DNA of 64,000 nt from Acidilobaceae archaeon (GTDB taxonomy: Archaea; Thermoproteota; Thermoprotei_A; Sulfolobales; Acidilobaceae), in NCBI GenBank assembly GCA_027014125.1, contig JALWEI010000022.1:28128-92127 (forward strand). Reading direction: 5' to 3'. Below the pieces are notes generated by a model. The model saw only the letters and a list, made by a program, of their open reading frames with translations, was not told the DNA's origin and made no database searches. Positions 29,511-38,458 of this stretch are shown here, in pieces. The stretch's first letter is position 1; the number at the start of each line of letters is the position of its first letter. The translations under genes and the position numbers were made by a program.

Positions 29511-29518
29511 GTTTATAT
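29511..29518. promoter_or_regulatory. TATA-box-like element (GTTTATAT / ATATAAAC) between divergent tRNA-Gly and the RHH gene
   Basis: It lies about 30 nt upstream of the tRNA-Gly 5' end (29482) on the minus strand and upstream of the plus-strand RHH ORF. Sequence inspection only. Confidence 0.35.
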
Positions 29519-29582
29519 CGTATTTCCCGGGGGGTTGCTGGGTATTATAGCACTGGTGTGCAACACTCTCCTACTGGTGTGC

Positions 29583-30281
29583 GTGTTGACGGATAGGGTT
29601 GTTGTAAAGGTAGAGCTTGACAGGGATACTTATGTAATGCTTAGGGAGAGGGCGAGGAGGGAGGGCTACGCGCTGGTGTCGGATTACATTAGAGACGTGT
29701 TATCCAGGGAGGCCCGGGGCGAGGCGCCTACCATAGGGGGTTGTGGCGACGAGAAGAGGTTGGCGGAGGCTGTTGCTAGGAGGGTGGAGAGGGTTGTGGC
29801 GGACATTGTTAACCCGTTTACGGGTAAGATCGACGAGGTGGCCAGAAGGCTCGCTGACCTTGTGGAGAAGCTTGAGGGCGGCGAGGCCGAGTTGGCTAGG
29901 CACGAGGCCAGAGCTGTCGAGCAGAGGTATGTGCAGAGGCAGCAGAGGGCTGGTGCTATAGATAGGTTAAGGCAGCAGAAGGTCCTCTTCTGGGAGGATG
30001 TAAAGTGGATGAAGGCACCGGATAGGCTATTCGCGAAGCTAGAGAAGGAGGGGGCCATAGTGTTCGAGGCCGGGGGCGAGAAGATTGCCGTGGACCGGGG
30101 CTTCTGGGAGGAGTTTGTCAAGGCAGTGGAGGAGGTTGCTGTAAGGGATCCCAGCGAGGCCTCGATCCTAGTAGAATCGGCCCTCGGAGAGAGGGCCAGA
30201 ATGCTGTTCGAGAAGTTGGTATCAAACGGCCTGGCATACTATGACGAGGACCTAGGGCACTGGATAGTACCGCAGCCCTAG
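29583..30281 (+). CDS. ribbon-helix-helix (CopG/Arc/MetJ-like) domain protein with long coiled-coil/C-terminal extension
   Basis: RVVVKVELDRDTYVMLRERARREGYALVSDYIRDVL is a typical RHH beta-alpha-alpha unit. The track ORF starts at TTG 29535. I prefer GTG 29583 or TTG 29586 because the preceding 16 codons are hydrophobic read-through of the promoter region. Confidence 0.6.
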   Translation: MLTDRVVVKVELDRDTYVMLRERARREGYALVSDYIRDVLSREARGEAPTIGGCGDEKRLAEAVARRVERVVADIVNPFTGKIDEVARRLADLVEKLEGGEAELARHEARAVEQRYVQRQQRAGAIDRLRQQKVLFWEDVKWMKAPDRLFAKLEKEGAIVFEAGGEKIAVDRGFWEEFVKAVEEVAVRDPSEASILVESALGERARMLFEKLVSNGLAYYDEDLGHWIVPQP

Positions 30282-30283
30282 GC

Positions 30284-30760
30284 CTATAGGGGCCCGGCAT
30301 CAGGGTACCCCTGACGTAGCCCCCTGCCTGCGTGGCGTGAGAGCGCGGTGGGCCCTTCCTTGAGCATGAGGGCCAGGTTTCTGGCGTGCTTCCTAGCCCT
30401 ATCAAGGGCTATCCTGCGCAGCTCCTCCGGATCGCTAGATTCATCTTCGTGCACGGTAACGTCGACCAGGATGGAGCCCGTCAGGAGCTCGGCCATAATC
30501 AAGCCTATGCTCATCGCCAGGTAGCTGTACTTATCCGCCTCCCTTCTCCCCACCCAGCCGAGGGTGATCACGCCCCTGCACCCATACTGGTCGACCAGCC
30601 GCTTAGCCGCCCCGGGCAGATCCTTTATGCCAGGGACGGTATGCCTTATGATCCTATACCCGGGTAGCAGCTTCTCTAGCTCCTCCATGGCGGGCCTGGC
30701 CATGTCTACCCTGGCGAAGGTGGTGTCAACTACCCCCACACACTTCTCTGCATGCCTCAA
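30284..30760 (-). CDS. ribC: archaeal-type riboflavin synthase
   Basis: 158 aa. VGVVDTTFARVDM...IIRHTVPGIKDLPGAAKRL...VHEDE...AGRGLRQGYPDAGP closely matches the Methanocaldococcus RibC pattern. Confidence 0.9.
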   Translation of the reverse strand: MRHAEKCVGVVDTTFARVDMARPAMEELEKLLPGYRIIRHTVPGIKDLPGAAKRLVDQYGCRGVITLGWVGRREADKYSYLAMSIGLIMAELLTGSILVDVTVHEDESSDPEELRRIALDRARKHARNLALMLKEGPTALSRHAGRGLRQGYPDAGPL

Positions 30761-31412
30761 TTATCTCAGCCCCCCTGACTAGAGGCCAGCCCCTCTCCCT
30801 CCCGATCCTATACGCCTTATCTACGCTGAGTGCTGTGCCCTTGTCCAGCATCTCTGCTATGACCATGCTTGGCCTTAGCCCGGCTATCCTGGAGAGGGCT
30901 ATGGAAAGCTCTGTGTGCCCCCTCCTCTCGCTTAGGCTCCTTGACGCGAGTATCGGCACGTGGCCTGGAGCCTGGAACTCGTTGTAGAATATTCTCCTAG
31001 CGTCCTCCACCCTCCCCTCCAGTACGAGGGCCACGATCTCGTCCAGCTTCCTGATAGTAGTGCTCCTATCGGTGTCCCGTATACCGGTCTTCACGGATAT
31101 ATGGTTGACCCAGATCGTGAAGGCTGGCCTGTCACCGTAGCCCAGCCTCCTTGAGGCTAGCGGCCTGAGGTTGGGGTGCATGCTGATAAGCTCATCCCCC
31201 CACGGAAGGCCCAGGCTCCTGGTTATGCTGGAATCGGTTACGAAGCATATGAGGCCCCCGGCTAGGGTGCGTAGAGTGTATATGGCGTCGCTAGTAACAG
31301 TTGGTGCGTAGTATACCAGGTCTACCTCCGCCTCCCTGTTATCGTCGTCGTAGATCATCACCGGGTTCCCCGCTTTCAGCGACTCTACCGCCTCTTCCAA
31401 GGCCATACTCAT
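30726..31412 (-). CDS. ribB: 3,4-dihydroxy-2-butanone 4-phosphate synthase
   Basis: ...EAVESLKAGNPVMIYDDDNREAEVDLV...AGGLICF...FQAPGHVPIL...RRGHTELSIAL... Start moved to ATG 31412 or 31406. The track ORF begins at 31442. Confidence 0.9.
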   Translation of the reverse strand: MSMALEEAVESLKAGNPVMIYDDDNREAEVDLVYYAPTVTSDAIYTLRTLAGGLICFVTDSSITRSLGLPWGDELISMHPNLRPLASRRLGYGDRPAFTIWVNHISVKTGIRDTDRSTTIRKLDEIVALVLEGRVEDARRIFYNEFQAPGHVPILASRSLSERRGHTELSIALSRIAGLRPSMVIAEMLDKGTALSVDKAYRIGRERGWPLVRGAEIIEACREVCGGS

Positions 31413-32010
31413 ACACCACCGACACAGCAAGTAGCACAGCAAGGGTTATACCCACTAATATTTCGGGGCTACCCATGAAGCCGCCATCAACCTCGGTAGG
31501 GGTCGTGCTCCTGGTAGTCGGCGAGCCGCTTCCTACCACATTAATCGGCTCAGCAGCACCTGGCTGGTCCCCATTCCCGCTTGCCTCGTCTCCTGGTCGT
31601 TCGGCTCCTATTTCAGCTACTATCCTAGCCTTGACGCCGCCTATATCTAGCACCACTATTATAGGGGGTCCATCCAGGTACATTATCCCCCTCAACCGAG
31701 CCCCGTCGATCTCCAATATACAATTGTTGCTGTCTATGCGTGCAGAGCCTGACCCTAGGGCTAGTTCGGTTATGTTTAACTGGCCCTTCCATACCTCCAC
31801 GATGGACGTATCAGAGCAGTTATCGGGGCTGGGGAGATGGATGGCTAGTTTTGGGTAGTAGCGGCCCCTATATTTTATAACCTCTGCATTGACTAGGGAG
31901 AGGTCTTTAAGGGGAGGCTCAGAGTATACTTCCACCGTAGGAGCCCCGTGAGCAGGGGGCGGGATGAGGAGTAGGGCTAGCATTAGTATTGGGACGCTAG
32001 CCCTTGGCAC
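31339..32010 (-). CDS. secreted protein with C-terminal TM anchor, unknown function
   Basis: 223 aa with a signal peptide (ILMLALLLIPPPAHG/AP) and a Ser/Thr/Pro-rich linker, then ILVGITLAVLLAVSVVY. The 3' end overlaps the ribB start by about 70 nt. Confidence 0.6.
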   Translation of the reverse strand: MPRASVPILMLALLLIPPPAHGAPTVEVYSEPPLKDLSLVNAEVIKYRGRYYPKLAIHLPSPDNCSDTSIVEVWKGQLNITELALGSGSARIDSNNCILEIDGARLRGIMYLDGPPIIVVLDIGGVKARIVAEIGAERPGDEASGNGDQPGAAEPINVVGSGSPTTRSTTPTEVDGGFMGSPEILVGITLAVLLAVSVVYEYGLGRGGRVAESGEPGDDLRRR

Positions 32011-32929
32011 TCTGGTCCACCACGACCGCTGATTGTATGAACGTAGTTAGATCCTTAATCACGGAGGTAGCTATGCGCTTAGTCATCAGGGATAGCCTCT
32101 GCGGCGGACCTTCTATAACGTGCTTACCCAGGACAAGCTTATCAAATAACTTCAGGCTAGCGACGTCCTGCGCACCCACACTTATGAATTCTCCCCATGC
32201 CTGGGGGACCTCGACGATCCTCCTCATATGAGCCGTCTCCCCCGGCCTCCCGCTTATCTTGACGGCGATGCTTAGTGTGACGCCCACCACAGTAGCGTTG
32301 TTGACATGCTTGGCATAAGAGATGGCCCCTGACCCGGCTGGCGGGACCGCTGCGCTTGTGTGAACTATGCCCTCCACCTCTGTCACCACGGTGTCAATCC
32401 TATCCTCAACCATGGACAGGCTCGATATCGGCAAGGGTATAGTCCTTATGTTCCCGATACGCCTCGGGGGATCCTCTAGCATAGAGTGGCTTAGAACATA
32501 CACCTCCCGGGCCCTCTCCCGGCCAGCCCAGACTCTTACACATTCCTCCGCCAGCCTACCTGGCGGTATCAAGAGTATGGAGGACGAGTCTGAGAGAGCC
32601 GTAGTACAGGACTTGGTTAGGCCTGAGAGCGACTCGGTTACATACCTCTCTATGAACGAGGAAAGGGTTTTCCTGAGGATCGATATTGTCTCAGTATCGC
32701 TTATCCTCATCCTGCGTACTATCGTGGATAAGACGCTACCTAGGTTAGATATTATGGTCGGGTTTGGCTCCTTAGACGTGGCGTCCCGGAGGTAGTTGCC
32801 TAGCGTGATCGATAGCGATTCCCTTCCCCCAATAGCCTCACTCTCTAGCCGGGATAGGAAGCCCTCTAGGTTCTCGACGGTGATCCTTATCGAGTCCAGC
32901 AGGTCTGGGTATCGGATCCGTGCTCCCAT
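31997..32929 (-). CDS. hypothetical protein, distantly eIF-2B alpha/beta/delta-like (sugar-phosphate isomerase fold)
   Basis: 310 aa. ...ILLIPPG...VYVLSH...VDTVVTEVEGIVHTSAAVPPAGSGAISYAKHVNNATVVGVTLSIAVKI follows the IF-2B family layout only loosely. Confidence 0.35.
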   Translation of the reverse strand: MGARIRYPDLLDSIRITVENLEGFLSRLESEAIGGRESLSITLGNYLRDATSKEPNPTIISNLGSVLSTIVRRMRISDTETISILRKTLSSFIERYVTESLSGLTKSCTTALSDSSSILLIPPGRLAEECVRVWAGRERAREVYVLSHSMLEDPPRRIGNIRTIPLPISSLSMVEDRIDTVVTEVEGIVHTSAAVPPAGSGAISYAKHVNNATVVGVTLSIAVKISGRPGETAHMRRIVEVPQAWGEFISVGAQDVASLKLFDKLVLGKHVIEGPPQRLSLMTKRIATSVIKDLTTFIQSAVVVDQSAKG

Positions 32930-32941
32930 TTAGTCCCCCTA

Positions 32942-33568
32942 CTAAGCTAATAGTTTGAACGCTACTATTATGCTTATCAGTAGAATTAGTACAATCGTAA
33001 CGGTAGACTCCACGACGCCGGCAACTATTAGCATGGCTATGGTTAGGGGTAGCAGCGAGAGGGAGTATACAACTGCCTTCTTGAGCCCATGCCTTCCAAC
33101 GCCTATTAGGGGCGCGACAACCAGCGATATAGCGGGAATCTCCACCACACCGTGGGGTACCAGGCCGTAGTGTATAAGGAGAGGTGTAAGCTGCACTCCC
33201 ACACTAGGCGCCAGATAGTCTCCATGGAGGACCGCGGAGATCATATACCCTACGGCGGCACCCTGGAAAGCCTCTATCATAACGGGTAGGACCAGGGTTG
33301 GCGAGGATAGGGCCATGATCAGTGCGACCCGCACGTTATTCAGGATGATTAGCGCCATCAGAGATAGGGGGTTAAGGGGGCCTCCTCCAGCCTTCTCCAC
33401 CAGCTGCTCCAGCTGCCTCCTGATGGCGTCCCCGACGCTGGACTCAGCTATTGCTGGGTACGCGGCTGACACGGCCACCATTACTACGACTATTATGGCG
33501 GTGGAGAGGATCCAGTCCCTCAGGAACCCCCTACTGTAAACATACTCCTCAGCTCTTCCCATCAGCAC
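32942..33568 (-). CDS. SpoIIM/DUF95-like integral membrane protein
   Basis: 208 aa with about 5-6 TM helices and the GLVPHGVVEIPAISL motif characteristic of the family. Confidence 0.5.
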   Translation of the reverse strand: MLMGRAEEYVYSRGFLRDWILSTAIIVVVMVAVSAAYPAIAESSVGDAIRRQLEQLVEKAGGGPLNPLSLMALIILNNVRVALIMALSSPTLVLPVMIEAFQGAAVGYMISAVLHGDYLAPSVGVQLTPLLIHYGLVPHGVVEIPAISLVVAPLIGVGRHGLKKAVVYSLSLLPLTIAMLIVAGVVESTVTIVLILLISIIVAFKLLA

Positions 33569-33824
33569 AATCCCTCACCAATATTACGCAGTCCATAGGA
33601 AGCTCCTCGACCCGGAGTAGGTCCTCTGCGCAAGCCTCCACTAGGCCCCTACACTCGCCTCCCGGCCTCAGGGCCCCTTTGGGCCTATCTTTGAGTAGAG
33701 GCCACTCGTCATCCAAGGAAGGGCACCCTCGTCACTATAATGCTTATCACCCAGCCTAAATACTACCCTCTACAGGGGCCTAGGCGTTGAATATTCGGGG
33801 GATTGTTAAGGGTGTGCCATTGGG

Positions 33825-34577
33825 ATGAGGGAGAATGTTGACGTTAAGCGGAGGCTAGCGGTGCTCGTTGATCTCTGGAACGAGATCGTGGGCATGTGGG
33901 ACTCCGGAGCCAGGGTTACCAGGGATAGGGTCATAGAGATGCTGAAGGACGCGTACAGGAGGGAGAGGCTGAGCCCTCTAAGAGGGGCCAGCATGCCCGA
34001 GGACATATTCGAGAAGGAGCTGATAAGCCTGTATGTAGTAGGCAAGCATGGCATGGGCCTAGACCAGCAGTACCCCGAGCTGTTCGACACCCTATTCCCA
34101 GACATAATAAGGTACGACGAGGCAGTGAGGATCCTACTCACAGAGGAGCCGGAGAAGGCTAGGGACAAGATAAGCCTCCTGCTAGGCTCGCTAGACGACA
34201 ACACACTGGCCAGGATGCTGAGGGTTAAGATGACCGAGGTTTACTTCGGCTTCTCCGACCACAGGGCACTCATAAACCTCATAAAGGCGGTCTCAAAGGC
34301 CCTCCCAGAGAAGGAGAGGCTGGCGGTCAAGTATGCTAGGTTCTACATAGCATTCAGGGTGGCAGAGGCCATAGCGTCAGGAGAGGTTAGGGATAGGATC
34401 TCGAAGGAAGCACTCAAACAGGCACTCGCACTGGAGACGGGGATAGAGAAGGGGGTTATACCCGATGATAAGTACATAGAGAAGATAGCCTCGGAGGTAT
34501 TCAAGGTCCCCAGGAGGATCACCGGCATGGTTCTATCTCACGGGGGTAGACAGAGGAGGGGACAGGGCAAGGGCTAG
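33825..34577 (+). CDS. conserved-looking helical hypothetical protein
   Basis: 250-aa ORF with helical, charged composition. No catalytic motif recognised. Confidence 0.55.
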   Translation: MRENVDVKRRLAVLVDLWNEIVGMWDSGARVTRDRVIEMLKDAYRRERLSPLRGASMPEDIFEKELISLYVVGKHGMGLDQQYPELFDTLFPDIIRYDEAVRILLTEEPEKARDKISLLLGSLDDNTLARMLRVKMTEVYFGFSDHRALINLIKAVSKALPEKERLAVKYARFYIAFRVAEAIASGEVRDRISKEALKQALALETGIEKGVIPDDKYIEKIASEVFKVPRRITGMVLSHGGRQRRGQGKG

Positions 34578-34693
34578 CCTGTCTGCATGGATTCATATAA
34601 TTGTTGTTGATTAACATATTTAAACCCGTATTTATCATCATTTTAATGTGATTAGTGTGAACCTTGAGGATTAGGGGAAGGTGAAGGGGTGAA

Positions 34694-35593
34694 TTGACAA
34701 GGCCGCTGACGATGGTACAGAGGGAGGTCCTAGAGACCCTAACCAGGCTCTATGAACAGCATAAGAGGATGATAAAGAGCAAGGAAGTCGCGAGAGTCCT
34801 GGGAAAGGACGAGGGGACAGTCAGGAACATAATCATGGTCCTAAAGAATATGGGATTAGTGGAGAGCAGGACAGGGCCAGCCGGGGGATACGTGCCGAGC
34901 CTGAAGGCATACGAGGTCCTAGGCGCCGCAACCACATTCCACCTGGCAGGCCACGGGGTCATGATCATCCCCAGGGGCGACAGGGAGATCAAGCTAAGCG
35001 TAGTAAACCTGGAGATCATAGGCCTATTCGCGCCAGAGCCGGCCAAGGCAGTCGTCAGGGTTGCCGGTAACCTCGGCGAGGTCAGGAGGGGCGACAGGGT
35101 AAAGATAGAGAGCAGCCCTGACAGGAGGATAGTTATAGAGGGCACTGTTGAGAGGGCCGACCTTCACGCGGAGGAGGTCCTGGTTTCCATAAACAGGATG
35201 GTCATACTCCCGGACGTCAGGGTAGGCGAGATAACTAGGAGGAACCTCATCACGATAAGAGAGACTAGCACACTCAGAGAGGCGGCCAAGGTCCTCTACA
35301 GCCACGGTATAAGGGGTGCACCCATAGTATCGGAGAAGGGTGATGTGATAGGATTCATAACCACCACAGACATCGCGATGGTGGTAGCCAACAACGAGGA
35401 CCTAGACGCCCCTGTTACCAGGTATATGAGGAGGAACGTGGTCGTCATATCAGAGGGAGACACGATACTAGAGGCAATCAGGATAATGAGCTTCCACGGG
35501 ATAGGCAGGCTACTAGTGATAAACAGCCAGGGAAGGCCTGTAGGGATAGTAACGAGGACAGATATACTAAGGTTCATAACAGCACTCAGGTAG
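34694..35593 (+). CDS. winged-helix DNA-binding domain fused to a CBS-domain pair (putative regulator)
   Basis: 299 aa. The N-terminal part has SKEVARVLGKDEGTVRNIIMVLKNMGLVESRTGPAGGYVPS (wHTH). The C-terminal part has two CBS repeats (GIRGAPIV...; GIGRLLVINSQGRPVGIVTRTDIL). Confidence 0.75.
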   Translation: MTRPLTMVQREVLETLTRLYEQHKRMIKSKEVARVLGKDEGTVRNIIMVLKNMGLVESRTGPAGGYVPSLKAYEVLGAATTFHLAGHGVMIIPRGDREIKLSVVNLEIIGLFAPEPAKAVVRVAGNLGEVRRGDRVKIESSPDRRIVIEGTVERADLHAEEVLVSINRMVILPDVRVGEITRRNLITIRETSTLREAAKVLYSHGIRGAPIVSEKGDVIGFITTTDIAMVVANNEDLDAPVTRYMRRNVVVISEGDTILEAIRIMSFHGIGRLLVINSQGRPVGIVTRTDILRFITALR

Positions 35594-38234
35594 CCTCCTG
35601 CATGCTAGACAGTATCTCCATTATACGGTCGTGGAGTATAGCAAGGAGGCGGCGCCTATCCTCCATAAGCACCACGTCACTATACCCCTTAACCACCAAG
35701 TGATGGGCCATAGGTGACGGGTACGGTAGGGGCCCCCTTACCACCAGCCTGATCCTGCCGCTCCTGATCCCATCTAGCACCCATATTGCCTTCTCCACAT
35801 CCATGTAGTCCTCCAGGATCTCCCTAAAGGTCTCCCTAACGACGGGATGACTGGGGTCTAGGTGCCTTAACACGTCTAGGAGCCTCTCAGCACTAATCTG
35901 CATCCTCTCCGGGCTCCTCTCCCTACCCCTATAGCGCTTGAGGATCATGAAGCTCCTCTGGGCTACATGCCTGAAACGGCGCTTGACAAGCTCGGTCCTA
36001 GACAGGGCCTCCTCGAGGATCCCCCTAAACTCCCTAGGGTCAGCCCTCTCTATCAGCTCCTTAACCAGCCCCTCGCTTGGTTGGGTGTCGGTTATGAGCA
36101 TGAATCCGTTATCTGAGACGCTGATCCTAACAGGCGCCGAGGTTATACCCGCCAGTATACTGGCCATGCCCCTAGATAGGGCGTCGTTGACCCGGCGTCC
36201 GTAGAGTGTGTGGAATACTATTGCCCACCCCTCCTCGAACCTGAAATACTCTACCAATACCAGGTCGTCGCCGGGGACGACACCTGTGTATGCTAGCTGC
36301 TCCCATATGTAGGTCTTCACCGCCTCGGCTGAGTGTGGCTCCAGGTTATACTCATCCCTCAGGATCTTGTCAACCTCGCCACCCCTACCCTCGGCAAGTA
36401 GGGATGCGATCCTCCTCCTGAAGGCCCCCACCCGGAGGGCGCTATCGAAGCTCAGGGGTAGCATCTCGCTGAACCAGCTAGGTACGGTGGGCTTCGCGCC
36501 CTCCGCGCTCTCGACGATGACCTTCATGCCTGAGGACTTGATGAACCTGTAGGTCCTGCCGCCTAGGACGAATATGTCCCCAGGAGCGAGTATCTCGGCG
36601 AACTCCTCCTCTAGGTTCCCCACGTACTTGCCCTTGACTGTGTATACCTCTATCTTGGACTCGTCCGGTATGGTCCCCGTGTTCAGCTGGTATATCATCC
36701 TGGCGCTCCTCTTACGCCCGAACACGCCCTCCTCCTCGTCTAGCCAGATCTTGGCGTAGACCTTCTCGTCCTCAAGGCCGTCCCTGCCGGCGAGGTAGCG
36801 GAGTACCCGGATAAAGTCGTCCCTGCTGAGGGTATGGAAGTTGTAGGACCTCCTAACCAGGTTGTATGCGTCCTCGATCCTCCACTTGTCCTCGACAGCC
36901 ATCCCGACCAGGTGCTGGGCCAGCACGTCTAGGGGGTTCATCGGTATGCGGACCGAGTCTATGAACCTCTCATTGGCGCTCTTCACGAGAACGCTACACT
37001 CGACGAGGTCGTCCCTGTCAACCACGACTACCCTGCCCTTGCTAACCTGCCTTATATGATGGCCTGCCCTCCCGATCCTCTGGAGTAGCCTGCTAACACT
37101 CTTCGGGCTGGATAGGAGCACCACTAGGTCTATATAGCCTATGTCTATCCCGAGCTCTAGGCTAGTACTCGACACCACTACCCTCAGCTCTCCCCTCTTC
37201 AGCCTCTCCTCCACGTCGAGCCTTAGGTGGCGTGATAGGCTGGAGTGATGGGCCTCGATGAGGTCCTCGCTCCACCCTAGCTCCTCTTTAAGTAGCTTCT
37301 TCAGCTTGTATACAACCCTCTCGGTGGCACTCCTGGTATTTGTGAATATGAGGGTAGTCTTGTGGCTCCTGATTAGCTCAACCAGCTTCCTATATATAGC
37401 GTCGTTAACCACATCAGCCGGGTCGTGTATGAGGTCGACCTCGGGAGAGATTACACGTATATCGATGGGCTTGGAGAACCTGGCATCCACGATCTTTACA
37501 GGGCGTGGCCTGCCATCTGCATCGTAGCCCCCGAGGAACCTAGCCACAACCTCTAGAGGCGAGATGGTGGCAGACATGCCTATCCTAACAAGCCTGCCAC
37601 CCCGGGACGAGACAAGGTGGTCCAGCCTCTCCACGCTAAGAGAAAGGTGGGCACCCCTCTTGCTCTGGGCCACCTCATGGATCTCGTCAAGGATCACCCA
37701 CCTAGCCGTAGCTAGCCTCTCCCTAAACTTAGGCGCAACCAGGCTTATGGCCAGACTCTCCGGAGTCGTGATCAGGATATGGGGAGGCTTCCTAAGCATC
37801 CTCTGCTTCTCCGACGGAGGAGTGTCGCTGGTCCTAACGCCAACCCTAATCTCAGGGGGCTCCAGGCCCCTCTCCTCCATGAGCCTACGTATCTCGCCTA
37901 GAGGCTCTAATAGGTTCCTCCTCATATCATTGTTGAGGGCCCGGAGGGGGCTCACGTATATGGCGTAGATAGCATCCTCTAAGCCCCCCTCGCCCCATAT
38001 CCTGAACAACTCGTCTATGATCCCGAGGAACGCGGCTAGGGTCTTACCCGTACCTGTAGGGGAGGAGACTAGAACGTTGAACCCACGCTTAACGTAGGGG
38101 ATAGCCCACCGCTGGGGCTCCGTGAACTCCCCATACTTGCCCCTAAACCACTCTGCAACGTAGGGTGTAAGCAGCTTGTATACCCCGATATCGCCAGCCG
38201 CCACTCGCGGGCCCCCAGGGTAATACCATACCAC
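35586..38234 (-). CDS. lhr: Lhr-type large SF2 helicase (DEAD/DEAH box plus DEAD/H-associated C-terminal domain)
   Basis: 882 aa with SSPTGTGKTLAAF (motif I), ILDEIHE (motif II), MSAT, and QRIGRAGH (motif VI), plus a long C-terminal domain typical of archaeal Lhr/Hel112-like enzymes. Confidence 0.88.
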   Translation of the reverse strand: MVWYYPGGPRVAAGDIGVYKLLTPYVAEWFRGKYGEFTEPQRWAIPYVKRGFNVLVSSPTGTGKTLAAFLGIIDELFRIWGEGGLEDAIYAIYVSPLRALNNDMRRNLLEPLGEIRRLMEERGLEPPEIRVGVRTSDTPPSEKQRMLRKPPHILITTPESLAISLVAPKFRERLATARWVILDEIHEVAQSKRGAHLSLSVERLDHLVSSRGGRLVRIGMSATISPLEVVARFLGGYDADGRPRPVKIVDARFSKPIDIRVISPEVDLIHDPADVVNDAIYRKLVELIRSHKTTLIFTNTRSATERVVYKLKKLLKEELGWSEDLIEAHHSSLSRHLRLDVEERLKRGELRVVVSSTSLELGIDIGYIDLVVLLSSPKSVSRLLQRIGRAGHHIRQVSKGRVVVVDRDDLVECSVLVKSANERFIDSVRIPMNPLDVLAQHLVGMAVEDKWRIEDAYNLVRRSYNFHTLSRDDFIRVLRYLAGRDGLEDEKVYAKIWLDEEEGVFGRKRSARMIYQLNTGTIPDESKIEVYTVKGKYVGNLEEEFAEILAPGDIFVLGGRTYRFIKSSGMKVIVESAEGAKPTVPSWFSEMLPLSFDSALRVGAFRRRIASLLAEGRGGEVDKILRDEYNLEPHSAEAVKTYIWEQLAYTGVVPGDDLVLVEYFRFEEGWAIVFHTLYGRRVNDALSRGMASILAGITSAPVRISVSDNGFMLITDTQPSEGLVKELIERADPREFRGILEEALSRTELVKRRFRHVAQRSFMILKRYRGRERSPERMQISAERLLDVLRHLDPSHPVVRETFREILEDYMDVEKAIWVLDGIRSGRIRLVVRGPLPYPSPMAHHLVVKGYSDVVLMEDRRRLLAILHDRIMEILSSMQEAT

Positions 38235-38324
38235 GGCCCCGGCAGGGGATAAAATGTGGAGGACAGTACCCGCTGTGCAGATAGGGAGGGTATCCTAGAG
38301 GGCTAGGAGTGGGGTGTATAGGGT

Positions 38325-38401
38325 TGGTGGACCGGCCGGGATTTGAACCCGGGGCCTCTCGGGTGCAAGCCGAGCGCTCTTCCAGGCTGAGCTACCGGCC
38401 C
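38325..38401 (-). tRNA. tRNA-Ala (anticodon UGC), CCA encoded
   Basis: Reverse complement reads GGGCCGG-TA-GCTC..GAGC-G-CTCGG-CTTGCAC-CCGAG-AGGCC-CCGGG-TTCAAAT-CCCGG-CCGGTCC-A-CCA, with the G3:U70 alanine identity pair. Confidence 0.92.
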
Positions 38402-38458
38402 ACTCCGGATTAGAGGGTGTATCTACCGGTTGCTCTTTTAAGGGTTACCCTCGTAGTG

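Noticed and set aside
29365-29550. 61-aa ORF (MVDTRGRMGTDPDWCGGRDLSPGSP...)
   Set aside because: It is a translation across the antisense strand of tRNA-Gly(CCC). The 'WCGGRDLSPGSP' peptide is the tRNA T-arm/acceptor read as protein. No integrase-like continuation or att repeat was found.
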